64,000 nt of DNA from Candidatus Bathyarchaeota archaeon (GCA_963807605.1 CAWECG010000003.1:416001-480000), one strand, 5' to 3'. Positions 20,792 through 31,309 are shown, counted from the stretch's first letter. Notes: a model not told the origin generated them from the letters alone. Numbers and translations are program-made.

Positions 20792-21423
20792 CTGAAATTG
20801 CTTCCACTGTCGTTTTCCTGGATGCTAACATTTGCATAACATACGCAATAGAATTCTTCATCAAAGACCACATGTTTTCAGATAACGTATATCACTCTAA
20901 GATTTGCTGTGTCATTAGTCACATCTCCTCCAGGAAGGATATCTATGACATAAATATACCCGAATTCATTAGGGGCGAGATTACCCGTAAATTAACTGAA
21001 GTATTCAATAGGACATTCGATAATTACAATGTTTCACACGTCTATAGACTGAAATTTATCTCGAAGGGCACGGAGAGGCTGAAAAAACTCCTGCAACGCT
21101 CAGAATCGCTAGAATTGGTTATTGACGAAGAGATCAAAGAGATAAACAGACTCTATGCGGAACTCTTAAGGAAAGGAGATGCTCGCATAGCAAAGCTAGT
21201 CCAAAAGAAAGGGCATCCAAAACCATCAGACAACGACATCAAACTCGCAGCTCAGGCAATCAAAATGGTAAGACAAGGCCGATGGGCAATTCTAATAAGC
21301 GGAGATTTTGACATTCATGGATTCTGGGAGGACTACGAGAAAACCTTTCGTCTGAAGATATTCTCCTACGAGAGACTACCTGCTGAGCCTTCAGAAATTG
21401 ACAAAGCATTTTTGAACTTGTAA
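20788..21423 (+). CDS. PIN-domain RNase
   Basis: VVFLDANI, E, SDNDIKL, LISGDFD; overlaps the upstream stop. Confidence 0.75.
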   Translation: MTEIASTVVFLDANICITYAIEFFIKDHMFSDNVYHSKICCVISHISSRKDIYDINIPEFIRGEITRKLTEVFNRTFDNYNVSHVYRLKFISKGTERLKKLLQRSESLELVIDEEIKEINRLYAELLRKGDARIAKLVQKKGHPKPSDNDIKLAAQAIKMVRQGRWAILISGDFDIHGFWEDYEKTFRLKIFSYERLPAEPSEIDKAFLNL

Positions 21424-21525
21424 GTCGAGCATCTTTCAGGTAATCTTTGATTATCAAGAACGTAGTTAATGAATTCAATAGAGCGGTTGGTTATGAATGC
21501 TCGATACGATGGGGGGTTGTCTTGA

Positions 21526-22074
21526 TTGGCTCAATACTACTTTGACATCGAGACTACAGGCATTGATCCAGAAAAGGATAAAATAATAACGATACAATGG
21601 CAAAGGCTGAACGAATTCAATGGTGATCCAGTCGGCGAATTACAGATACTAAAGGAATGGGAAGCATCTGAGAGAGACGTTCTGACAGCATTTCTGCCTC
21701 AAATCCAATGTGAAAACTGCTGGGACTTCATTCCAATTGGCAAGAACTTACTGTTTGATTTTAACTTCCTGGACAAGAGATCTAGGAAACACGGTCTTAA
21801 TGGCTTTGATCTAGCATACTGCTACAGTTGCCCACATCTGGACTTGAAACCCGTTCTGGTGTTAATAAATCAGGGCAAATTCAGGGGTTATGACAAGGTT
21901 CTGGACATTGGTGGACACCCCGTGATTAATGAGAGCATTCCCCAGCTCTACGAGAGGGGGATGTATGAAGACATAATAGCATACATCAAAAGGGAAAATG
22001 AAACTTTCCTAAAGGGACTAAAGATACTGAAGAGAGAAATGCCAGCATTGCTGGTTCATTTTAAGAATCTTTGA
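21526..22074 (+). CDS. RNase H-like / DEDD 3'-5' exonuclease
   Basis: YFDIETTG, NLLFDFNFL, HLDL. Confidence 0.8.
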   Translation: MAQYYFDIETTGIDPEKDKIITIQWQRLNEFNGDPVGELQILKEWEASERDVLTAFLPQIQCENCWDFIPIGKNLLFDFNFLDKRSRKHGLNGFDLAYCYSCPHLDLKPVLVLINQGKFRGYDKVLDIGGHPVINESIPQLYERGMYEDIIAYIKRENETFLKGLKILKREMPALLVHFKNL

Positions 22075-22599
22075 AAATGATGTCTTTATCTAATACCGAA
22101 TTGTCTTGTGTGACATCTTTCAAATTCTCTATTTAGATAGTGGTCTTGTCGTAAAAAGCAACCGTCTGACTCATGGCAATGGCATCACGATTGATAGGCC
22201 ACCAATCAAACGGAGACCAAGATCCCGCTGAAACAACTCTTACATAACGTATCATCCTTGTACATCGAGCTCAAAGATAAATTCGGCAGATTAAAACAGA
22301 CTAGTCTCGTACCGTATCTAGACCAAATAGTTGCAATGCTGATTACCAGACCCCGTCGGTTCTGTTGTGTTAGGCTCCTTGTTTATCGCTTTCAATGGTT
22401 GATTCCAAATCTTGCCTTGCCTAAGAGGTATCGTGCTAACTCCTGCAATTTCAACGACAGTGGAATGAAGGCCGCTTTTCTTAGTATTAGAGGAACTGAA
22501 CAACAACTTGATCCCACCAAGAGTAAGACATATCAGAACTTTCTCAAGACAAAAAAGGCAAGACTTGGCTATTACATACCCGGAAAGTAACAAAAGGAT

Positions 22600-22870
22600 A
22601 CAAAAGGTACACTTTGAGGGCACACTCCCTTATGGTGGTGAATGAACATGGCTAAGACCAAAAATACAGGAAAAACCTCTTTCAACCTCTAAAAATGATG
22701 TCATAATAGCCATAAAACTCAGTAATCCTGCCTTATTTCAACAATTCTCCCTTATTACACAGGGAAATAGCCGAAATGACAGGTGCCAACCCCAGTTATG
22801 GGCCTCGCGTATGGAGTAGATACGTGTGAGGAGAGGGCACAAAAAGGGGGGCCCTTAACTAGCCTTCCAT
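22600..22870 (-). repeat. Long diverged inverted repeat, right copy
   Basis: See 18749-19005. Confidence 0.85.
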
Positions 22871-23026
22871 ATTCAATAGTTATACCGGGTTAATGCTGAA
22901 CCACCCTTTTGGTATTATGATGCACCGTTTCCTGTTAGCAAAGACCGGAACAGATAGAAGGTGTTGAAGCACCAGGATTTCACCGCTCATATGTGATCCA
23001 ACTTGCCTTTTGCTGGAAGCGGAACA

Positions 23027-23149
23027 AGAACGCCATATCTTTCAAGGTATGGATGAATTGTATCAGGACTCTAGGGTTTGAAAAAGAGGACTGCTCTATC
23101 TTCAGAAGAAGTCAAAAGACCCCGCAGGCTTCAGTCCGCGGTAGTTCAG
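23027..23149 (+). mobile_element. ~120-bp non-autonomous IS200/IS605 derivative (MITE/PATE-like)
   Basis: LE-like hairpin CCATATC-TTTCAA-GGTATGG-ATGAA; RE-like CCGCAGGCTTCAGTCCGCGG-TAGTTCA. Confidence 0.55.
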
Positions 23150-23252
23150 GCTGAGTGAATTTAAGATTCGTAAGGCAGGCCACCTATCCAGATCTTTAAA
23201 TACCAGTAACGATTTAGTTACTGGCAAGCAACTGGTTAGAGGTGAATAGAAT

Positions 23253-23783
23253 ATGTACTCATGGTCTGAAAGAGGACAAAGTTGGCAACCATACCAGCAA
23301 CCTTTCCGTCAGCCGAGAAGTGGACCAATTTACACACCCTCAGGAATTATTCCCGATTCTAGTTACGCATCAAATTGGCCGGAACTTCGACAATGGGTTC
23401 TTCAGCGAGACGGACACCAGTGTACCAATCAGTGGCAGGATGCTTATGGCAACTGGCAACGATGCCCTGCTACAACAAGCCTTCAGGTGGATCATATAAC
23501 TCCCAAGTCCAAGGGTGGAAGCGATTATGTAGAGAACCTGCGAACCCTATGCGAGCGATGCCACTCTCAACGCCACCCACACATGTGGGCTCAATACCAT
23601 ACAGAACACCCAGAAGAATTCGGCTATCCACAACAAGGATCCTATACACAGCAGCCAGGATACTATCCTCAACATGGTTATCCACAGTCCGGCTACCCAT
23701 ATCAGCCTCAATACTTCAGCCACCCACAAACATATCCATTCTTTGCCCAACAAATCCATCAGCCCTACTTTAGATACTACTGA
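23253..23783 (+). CDS. HNH endonuclease with Q/P/Y-rich low-complexity tails
   Basis: VLQRDGHQC, VDHITPKSKGGSD..NLRTLCERCH. Confidence 0.85.
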   Translation: MYSWSERGQSWQPYQQPFRQPRSGPIYTPSGIIPDSSYASNWPELRQWVLQRDGHQCTNQWQDAYGNWQRCPATTSLQVDHITPKSKGGSDYVENLRTLCERCHSQRHPHMWAQYHTEHPEEFGYPQQGSYTQQPGYYPQHGYPQSGYPYQPQYFSHPQTYPFFAQQIHQPYFRYY

Positions 23784-23904
23784 CAGGTAGCAGACAATCC
23801 CCCTCCCTTTTTGTTCCATCTTTTTCAAGAGGAATAGCCACTTTTCAGTAGCTAGATCCAAACCGTTATACTTACTAGCATTCTATAAGGGAAAGTGAAT
23901 AGGA

Positions 23905-24111
23905 ATGGTCCACATTGCAGAAAGTGTGATCTTCAAGATACGCAAGGTCAGTGAGGGGTATCAATACCAAGAAGTTCTGATCCGTGTTCCACGCAGCCTA
24001 TGGGAGGATCCACGCTTCCCCCTGGATCTCTCTAAGAAACGAAGACAGAAAGTGATAATTGAATTCAGCGAGGATAAGATCACCATCTCTAAGCCACCAA
24101 AACCACCGTGA
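23905..24111 (+). CDS. Small AbrB/MazE-like DNA-binding protein
   Basis: LIRVPRSL...VIIEFSEDKITI pattern. Confidence 0.5.
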   Translation: MVHIAESVIFKIRKVSEGYQYQEVLIRVPRSLWEDPRFPLDLSKKRRQKVIIEFSEDKITISKPPKPP

Positions 24112-24158
24112 AGACTCAAATCGTCATTCTGGTGAAAAATGCACATTCTGACTTCAAG

Positions 24159-24224
24159 ATCGGTTTTACAATCGGTTTTACACGACAAACATCGGTTTTA
24201 CACACGACGGACATCGGTTTTACA
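24159..24224 (+). repeat. Four direct repeats of ATCGGTTTTACA (iteron-like)
   Basis: Copies at 24159, 24171, 24191, 24213. Confidence 0.85.
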
Positions 24225-24329
24225 AACCCGAATCTTTCATTTTGATAGGATTTGAGGCTTAGATCTATGCAAAATGACGGATTTACACGCTCATCTCAAA
24301 AGGTGCCATAGATCCCCTCTGTGTAAAGG

Positions 24330-25400
24330 GGGTTGTTGCTTGGCTTCGCTTTTTTTGTATTGTTGTTTTGGTTTGTTTTGTGTTTTTGTGTTTGATGGGT
24401 TCTTCTTTCTTATTGTTTTTTACTTAGTTGTTGTTTGTTCTTGCTCTTTTATTGTTGGTGTTTTTTTTGTTAGGTATCTTTATTGTTTGTAGTTGTGTTG
24501 TTTTTCTTTCTCTTTCGTTGTATTTGATTGTTTGAGTGTGTTTGTGTGAGTGTCCTATTTTTGATATTTGTATTGGATGTCTTATTGTTGTTTGTTGTAT
24601 TACATGATGTTGATCTTAGGACAGGTGTGTTTCTTTATCCCTTTTCTTGCTCTTTGTTGTTTGTTCTTGTTGTTCTTGCTCTTTCATTAGATTGTAAGAG
24701 GTTTCTTACATATCTCTTTCTTCTTACTCTTTATATTGGGGGGATCTCCCCTTTCCCCCTCTCTTACTCTCTAGTGTTAAGTAGGGAGGTTCTCCCTTTT
24801 CCCCTCTTTCTCTCTTATGCTCTCTCTATTGGGTATTTGAGGGGGGGTTATCCTGCATTTCTAATAGTGATAATGAGTGTAATAGGCATAATTGCTCTAA
24901 TAGGTTCAATAGAGGGGGTTCTTTTCACTTCCTTGTAATGGTTAAAACTTGTTATTGTTCTAATATTGTGGGTTCTAATGTGATGTGGTAATATGGGACA
25001 GTTAGTGGGGTTGTCTGTCGTGTTTTTAATAATGGGGGGGTAATTGGTGGGTTGTTGGCTTCTTATAGTCATGAATTATAGATTGTAGTTCATCCGTTCC
25101 TATCCGAGTCTGTCCGATATATGGCGTGTTTTGTGGTATGAATGGGGGTGTACGGTTCTTATGTTGTATGGTCCTGCTTAACCATTGAATTGTGTTACAC
25201 ATGGCTTATTGTAGTTGTGGTCTGTCTCTATCTCTCTGTATCAACCGCTTTCCCCAATGTTGGGGAAAGCGGTTTTAGTGTGTAGTGTTTTTATGGGTTG
25301 GGGTGGGGGTTCTGGTGTGGATCCTTGGTGGCTTCTTTATGGCTTGTTATGGCTATATTTGATTGTTATTGCCCGTTTTTGCGAATGTAATGTAAAATAG
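24330..25400. other. ~1.1 kb apparently non-coding tract with extreme G/T strand skew and a 15-bp perfect inverted repeat (25243-25274)
   Basis: Plus strand dominated by T and G; AACCGCTTTCCCCAA-TG-TTGGGGAAAGCGGTT. Confidence 0.7.
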
Positions 25401-25503
25401 AAAAGTCAGAGACCCACGGCTAAACCCATAATGAATACGCCTACTTCCCTTTTACTATAATTCTTACTATATATCTAACACACATCATCACTGCGTCTTT
25501 TCA

Positions 25504-25563
25504 TTACATTCACAGAAATGGGGGTGGGTGGTAGTATGGCGGTTCTGGTAGCTGTAAGTGCTG
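25504..25563 (+). repeat. Direct repeat copy 1 (TTACATTCACAGAAA...GTATGGCGGTTCTGGTAGCT)
   Basis: Matches 34107-34161. Confidence 0.8.
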
Positions 25564-25628
25564 CACGGAGATGGAAGCGCCCCGATTCCGCAGTCGGAAA
25601 CTATATCTTCAGCAATAACGGTTGATCG

Positions 25629-26297
25629 TTGGCAACATTGGCGAACATATTCATTAGTCACAGTCGAAAGGACGATTCGCTAATTGCAAGTGTCCATCAA
25701 CTCCTAGTAAACGTAGGTCATACTCCAATTATTGAGGAATTCATTCCAGAGTCAGAAAAACTGCCTATCCCCCATGATGAGATTCAGAGAAATGTGTCCG
25801 TCAGCGACGCCATCTTTTTGTTCCTCACTGATAATGTTCTCGCAACAGACTATACTAGAAATTGGGTGGTCTTCGAAGTCGGTTTAGCGAAGCAAGCTTC
25901 GAAACGAGTATTTGTGTTCGAAAGATACGGTGTTCCAATTCCGTATCCAATACCGTACGTCACAGATTACACGATTTTCGACCCACAGAGCATCAGTGAT
26001 CTCCTGACCATCCAAACGATAGCAAAAGAACTGGTTGGAAAGATTCCTGCAGCCTTGATTGGAGCAGGGGCAGGTGCGTTGCTTGGCGCTGCCTTTGGAC
26101 CATTAGGATTTGCGATAGGTGCTATTACACTTGGTCTCGCAGGTCACAATTGGGATGTTCAAGCTGAAGCGAAAATTCCGGTTGTCGAATGCCCGTATCC
26201 CAACTGCCATGTTCGTTTCAGGTATTACTCTCCAAACGTCACCTCCTTCAATTGCCCGACATGCCGCCAACAAATTGACCCTCCGAGGTGGGTTTAA
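25629..26297 (+). CDS. TIR-domain protein with glycine zipper and Zn ribbon
   Basis: IFISHSRKD, WVVFEVGLA (catalytic Glu), GAGAGALLGAAFGPLG, CPYPNC..CPTC. Confidence 0.85.
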   Translation: MATLANIFISHSRKDDSLIASVHQLLVNVGHTPIIEEFIPESEKLPIPHDEIQRNVSVSDAIFLFLTDNVLATDYTRNWVVFEVGLAKQASKRVFVFERYGVPIPYPIPYVTDYTIFDPQSISDLLTIQTIAKELVGKIPAALIGAGAGALLGAAFGPLGFAIGAITLGLAGHNWDVQAEAKIPVVECPYPNCHVRFRYYSPNVTSFNCPTCRQQIDPPRWV

Positions 26298-26602
26298 TGA
26301 CAGAGATCAGTCGAAAATACAGTACGGATGCAGACAAGACTCTGGAAAAGATCAAGGAAACTTGCAACCGTTTGGGATTTCCCATAGTCAATGAGGACGC
26401 AACGACTCGGCGTATACAAGTATCAACCGGATGCACCGCTTTTTCCTGGGGGGAGACTATGGATATCATAGTAAGTCAGCAGAAAGATGGAGCAACGGTA
26501 ACAGTCGATTCAAAGCCCAAAGTCTGGTACAATCTTCCTGGATCGGAACGGGCTAAAAGAAACGCAGAGGCTCTACTTGACGAATTAGATAAACAAGTAT
26601 GA
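26288..26602 (+). CDS. Hypothetical protein coupled to the TIR gene
   Basis: TAATG stop/start overlap at 26295-26299 (likely real start 26297). Confidence 0.7.
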   Translation: MGLMTEISRKYSTDADKTLEKIKETCNRLGFPIVNEDATTRRIQVSTGCTAFSWGETMDIIVSQQKDGATVTVDSKPKVWYNLPGSERAKRNAEALLDELDKQV

Positions 26603-26661
26603 TGAAGACCCATCCCACAATCCCCCCTCTGCAGAAGGCTATCTTCGGTTCTGTCAAGTCT
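26455..26661 (+). repeat. ~207-bp direct duplication, copy 1
   Basis: Near-identical to 36888-37093. Confidence 0.95.
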
Positions 26662-26747
26662 TCGGGCGATTTTTCTCCCTGTCAAGTTCGAGAGATTACT
26701 TGATGGGGAATATGGTAACTTGATCGGGAGTTTTAATAGTTCAATTC

Positions 26748-27541
26748 ATGCTATCTGTGATTATGCCTTCACACAACCTCTGGGCAATGCTGGCGATAAT
26801 CGCAGTATCGACAATACTAATTCTTTTGGGAGTTTATCTAGTCCCATCACGAGTTATGGGCGATCTCGCTACAGCGAATATACTTCTACTGGTTCTTATC
26901 GTAACAGGGGTTTCGGTGCCCTTATCGCTTTTTTTATTGAACGCCACGAGAGATTCAGCAATGCCCCTCGCTTGACATATGAACCCTACATAATCAAGGG
27001 AACCGAGCATCCGTGTTCTGAGATTAGTCTGTTTCTCGGTCAAAATGGGTTCATAGTTGCTCTAAAGATAGTGAATGAAGGACGTAGTCCTGCCAATGAC
27101 TGTAGCGGAAGAATTGACTTCGAGAGAGTAGTAGGTTCTCAAGGCAAGGAATTGATGACTGAGAGTATCCTGAAAAATGGAACGCTAAATTGGAGTCACT
27201 TTGAGATTGAACAGACTGATGTTGACATTGCGAGGCAAATAGGCTTTTTAACTCTTGGTCCTACCCTTCAGCGCTATTATCCTACGAAAAGGAACCAAGA
27301 TTTGATACCGAAAGAACCTGAGTACCTTGAGATTTGTTTCACCATAAAGGGTCGTGACTTTGTCTATGCCACTATGACTAGTCGCGAGCCGACTCTGAAG
27401 ATGGGTGAAACATATCGGTTAACACTTCAGATGGTGGGTAGGGAACTGAACGAAAAACCGAGATTCTACATGCTTGACCTGAAGTCGTGGGATAAACCTG
27501 ATCTCATGCCCTGTAGTGAGTTGATCTCATTTTCTACCTAG
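26748..27541 (+). pseudogene. Membrane-anchored protein, frameshifted in a poly-T run near 26930
   Basis: TM ORF 26748-26975 overlaps soluble frame ending at 27541. Confidence 0.5.
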
Positions 27542-27721
27542 TTCCATTTGTCCAAGTTTTCTAAGCAGAATAAGATCACGTTCGCAACCCTCGATAATTG
27601 CCTTGAGTCCTAGTTGCCGTACGCGTGTGAGGAGGGTTGTGTATCCTTTGAGTCGTTTGCCTTCTAGGTATGCTTCTAGTATTTTGCGTTCGGATTTGCC
27701 TAGTATTTCTTTTCGTACCAT
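27527..27721 (-). CDS. Small basic hypothetical protein
   Basis: 64-aa ATG ORF, helical and basic. Confidence 0.55.
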   Translation of the reverse strand: MVRKEILGKSERKILEAYLEGKRLKGYTTLLTRVRQLGLKAIIEGCERDLILLRKLGQMELGRK

Positions 27722-27864
27722 GATGACTCGTTACAAATCTTGCACAACTACATCAGACCACATGAAGCCCTAGAGAGTAAGACACCAGCAGATGCATGTG
27801 GAATCAAGGTCGAAGGAAAGAACAAGTGGCTAACGATAATCCAAAACGTAAGTGCGAAACGTAA

Positions 27865-28302
27865 CTAGGAAAAGAGTGATTCAAAGTCGGTTCTTAGAGG
27901 TGTGATTTGATTAACGGAAACTTTGTTTTCCATTTCTTTGAACATCGCTTCGCCAGCGTTTCGCAATTCAGTTAGTATTTCGTCCTTAATTAGTTCACGA
28001 ATAGCTTTCATAGCGTTGATGTCGGAGCGGATTCTCGCAAGGAAGTATTCTGGAATTTTCGAGGTTGTTTGAAAGGACTGAAAGTCTCCTGCGTACCCAT
28101 ACATCATAGCGGTTTTCTCTGCAATCTCACTTCGCCTTATGTTGCTTAGAATCTTATCTACTCGTCTACTAGCACAGACCTCATGAATTGCGAATAGAAG
28201 AGCTAGGCCGCTAACGACTAGAGCCAATACGCTAAGGACTAGAGCTAGGTCGGTCACTGAAAACACCACTACATGCCATTTTCGCTTTGCATTATATAGC
28301 AA
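27865..28302 (-). CDS. Membrane-anchored hypothetical protein
   Basis: N-terminal TM helix. Confidence 0.6.
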   Translation of the reverse strand: MLYNAKRKWHVVVFSVTDLALVLSVLALVVSGLALLFAIHEVCASRRVDKILSNIRRSEIAEKTAMMYGYAGDFQSFQTTSKIPEYFLARIRSDINAMKAIRELIKDEILTELRNAGEAMFKEMENKVSVNQITPLRTDFESLFS

Positions 28303-28614
28303 ATAGGACTGCCAACATTAAAAACAAGCGTACCATACATGACGTTACCCTCTTTCAACGACTTTTGATGACAATCCTATCCGACGAAAGTTTACAAGAA
28401 GAAAATCCGACGAAGACTTTACAGAACCCACGCATAGGGCTCTGTTAAGTTGATGGGTGTTCGGTAGGCTTGTTAACTGTCGGGTGTTGACTGGCGTTCT
28501 GAATCAATCGATGGAGAAAAAATTAGAGTGGTACATCTACATTGGCGGACCTTTTCATTGGCGAATAATACGTCAATGGCATGGAGACTTGTTCTGATGC
28601 TTGCTGAACAGGAA

Positions 28615-28740
28615 ATGAGTAAGACAACCTTCCGATTGCCGAAAAGTTTACTGAGAGAAACGCACACTATGCCATAGAGCATGACAAAACGGACACCGAG
28701 ATTTTCAATGAAGCACTTCCGAATATCTCAGCAAGAGGTC
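28615..28740 (+). pseudogene. Frameshifted ribbon-helix-helix (CopG-like) regulator
   Basis: MSKTTFRLPKSLLRE/fs/YAIEHDKTDTEIFNEAL. Confidence 0.45.
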
Positions 28741-28749
28741 TGGAAAGAA

Positions 28750-29633
28750 ATGAGTAGTGACCAACAATTAACTGAAGCAGAAAAAAGCCGTATTGGGAGT
28801 CCCGCGGAGACATACTGTATCTACGCGTGTCCCACATGCAAGCGAGAGTTGGAGCTGAGGGACGGCGGACTCCGGTGCCATGTCTGCGCGGTGACCTATC
28901 CTATCTTGGACGGCATTCCCGATTTCGTGCTCGAAGACCTCGCGGAGAACAGTAACCAAAGCTTGCGCATTATCGGGAAATGGACTCCTCCGTCCCGTTC
29001 GACTTCATGGCGCGCATTTACGAGACATGTGTGTATCCGCTGGTGTGTAACCTGCTTGGGGGGTGGCGCAGCATGTCCTTGAAAGAGCTGGCACTCGACA
29101 TCTCGGACATTGTGGGATCAGTCGATGGCTTAGTTCTGGATGTGGCATGCGGCCCGGGAACCTACGGTCGTCGCATCGCTTCCGAGTCAAGGACCATTTA
29201 TGGCATTGATGCCTCCATGAGCATGCTGCGCCGGGGTGTTCGCTACGTCGAGCGAGACTGTGTTCCCAACGTTCACTTCGCCGGGGCCAAGGTCGAGGCG
29301 CTGCCGTTCTCAGCCGGTCTGTTCGACGCTGCCATCTGCGCAGGGTCGTTGAACCACTTCTCCGACACAGTCTTTGCATTGCGTGAGATCGGCCGTACAA
29401 TGAAGGCGGGAGCGCCATTGGCGGTGATGTGCTTTGCCGTGAGCACTAGGGGCGAAGTGAAGCAAGGTCTCTTCAAATACCGACGCATTCGTGACCAATT
29501 GCCTAACGAAGGTGCTGGTCATATCTTCGAGTTCCCCGAACTCGACCGGTGCCTAGCCGAGGCTGGCTTTGAGGACTTCCGACCCCATCAGTACGGATGC
29601 CTCCTAGTGTCGTCCAGCACTCGAAAGAAATGA
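28750..29633 (+). pseudogene. Trm112-like Zn motif + class I SAM methyltransferase, frameshifted near 28980
   Basis: CPTC..CHVC..YPILDGIPDF; VLDVACGPG, FDAAIC. Confidence 0.75.
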
Positions 29634-29923
29634 GCGGGGCATCACCCGATGCTACCAGTCAAATCAACACCCTAGAACTTAACAGAACCTGCTGCTGGTC
29701 AGTACTCAAGAACCAGCGACCATATCACGATTAGGCATAGAAGAAAATTCCTCGTGAAAGCGCTGTCCCATAATGTGGACGTTAGCGCGATTGAAGGGGA
29801 GCCTGGATGCGAAGCCATAATGGCCCAACTGTGGGCGAATAGGCACATGCCAAATACATTCGTCCAGGAACAAGGATGGAAGAGGAGCCTTCACATAGGC
29901 GCGCTCATGATGATAGGATCCCA

Positions 29924-31309
29924 TTAGTTTTTCTTGGCCCTAATGACGAGAAATGTAGGCATAACTCTTCTAGCTCGAGCAATTCTTGGCGGAATAGACT
30001 TATCCAACGGCTCTGGTTCATCAAATCCCTCCATGGTAAATCCAAATTTCAACAAGGTGTTTACATATGATTTTAGAGGCCTATGGTAGACCGAAACTCT
30101 GACATGTTTTCCATTTAGTTTCCAACTCTCCACGTATTTTCTCTCCAAAAAATAGTCCTTCCAGATGCTTGGTAACTCGGCCTTGCTCTTGCTAGGAAAC
30201 AACATATCTTCGAAATTTGTCTTCAGAGGATGTGGCAGGGACATTACTAAGATTCCCCCATGTTTAAGAACTCTGAAGAATTCTCTAATCGTTGATTTGT
30301 AATCTCCAACATTGTCAAGTAGAAATCCGGCCGTTATCATATCGAACGACTCATCCTTGAAACCTAGTGAACTGCTATCAAGACGAAGAAGGTTTCCGCT
30401 TCGTTTACCGATAACTTTCTTGGCATAGGCCAACATATTTGAGGATATGTCAAAGCCGGTGACTTCAAAGCCCATATGAAGTAGTCTGTCGGCATAAAAC
30501 CCTCCACCGCATCCCGCGTCGAGTGCTCTGACGCCCCTATAAGAATCTATAAGATTAATTACAGCTGGCAATTCCATTAGTCGACTAAGAGAGTTCTCTG
30601 ATCTATATGCACAGTACTGGTTAGCTACTTCATCCCATGTATCAGATTCGAGGTCGCTTAGTAAAGAGACGAACCATGTGGGCGGATTTTTGATGTGATC
30701 AAGTATGTAGCTTCTTCTTCTGAGGATCCTTTTATGCACCTTGGGCATTGATCTAATTAGTCTTTCAAGCCTATCTACGGACGGGATATTCGAAGTCAAT
30801 AGTTTTGAGAGGTCGGAAAGATGTTTCTTGTTTTCGGCTCTTGTAGCTCCGCGGGCAAATATCATTTTCATTACAACTAGATGCTCAATAGGAGGAATGT
30901 GTAATTGCATAGATCCGAGGTTACAAATGAACGGCTCTTTTATCAGATGTCTAAGGGGATACCGAATTTCGATTCGCTTATAGGAGTCGTCAAGTATTTT
31001 TAATTCATCAATCACCAAATGCAGTTTCTGAATATCGGAGTCAATATATCTCACAAAAGCAAAGTGCGTATTCCTCGGTTCACCACGGAGATGTCCCTCC
31101 TTGAAACCTATTTCCTTTAAAAGGAATCTGACAGAATCTATATCTTGAAGTCTGCACACCAAGTCCAAATCAGCGATGCTTCGCCTTTTGACGAAACAGC
31201 TGGCTGCTAATCCGCCTATCCATAGATGCTCTATACCACTGTTTCCTATGTGCATAACGACCTCTTGAACAGCGCGTGTGCGTGTAGTTGAGCGCAATTT
31301 TGCGCTCAC
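29924..31309 (-). CDS. Nucleotidyltransferase (AbiEii/DUF1814-like) + class I SAM methyltransferase fusion
   Basis: IGGLAA...RSIADLDL; ALDAGCGGG, GFDIS, FDMI, RVLKHGG..HP. Confidence 0.8.
   Translation of the reverse strand: MSAKLRSTTRTRAVQEVVMHIGNSGIEHLWIGGLAASCFVKRRSIADLDLVCRLQDIDSVRFLLKEIGFKEGHLRGEPRNTHFAFVRYIDSDIQKLHLVIDELKILDDSYKRIEIRYPLRHLIKEPFICNLGSMQLHIPPIEHLVVMKMIFARGATRAENKKHLSDLSKLLTSNIPSVDRLERLIRSMPKVHKRILRRRSYILDHIKNPPTWFVSLLSDLESDTWDEVANQYCAYRSENSLSRLMELPAVINLIDSYRGVRALDAGCGGGFYADRLLHMGFEVTGFDISSNMLAYAKKVIGKRSGNLLRLDSSSLGFKDESFDMITAGFLLDNVGDYKSTIREFFRVLKHGGILVMSLPHPLKTNFEDMLFPSKSKAELPSIWKDYFLERKYVESWKLNGKHVRVSVYHRPLKSYVNTLLKFGFTMEGFDEPEPLDKSIPPRIARARRVMPTFLVIRAKKN

Larger units (their letters stand above)
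26647..28428. mobile_element. Transposase-less cassette with IS6-like inverted ends
   Basis: GGTTCTGTCAAGT (26647) ... ACTTTACAGAACC (28416-28428); no TSD seen. Confidence 0.55.
28438..29689. mobile_element. Second transposase-less cassette with IS6-like ends carrying a GC-rich methyltransferase
   Basis: GGCTCTGTTAAGT (28438) ... ACTTAACAGAACC (29677-29689). Confidence 0.6.

Noticed and set aside
18749-22870. Intact casposon
   Set aside because: No PolB, cas1 is fragmentary, no TSD, and the IRs are diverged.
24274-25400. ORFs 24274-24492, 24528-24938, 24848-25072, 25215-25400
   Set aside because: Their composition is a by-product of the G/T skew; no recognisable motifs.
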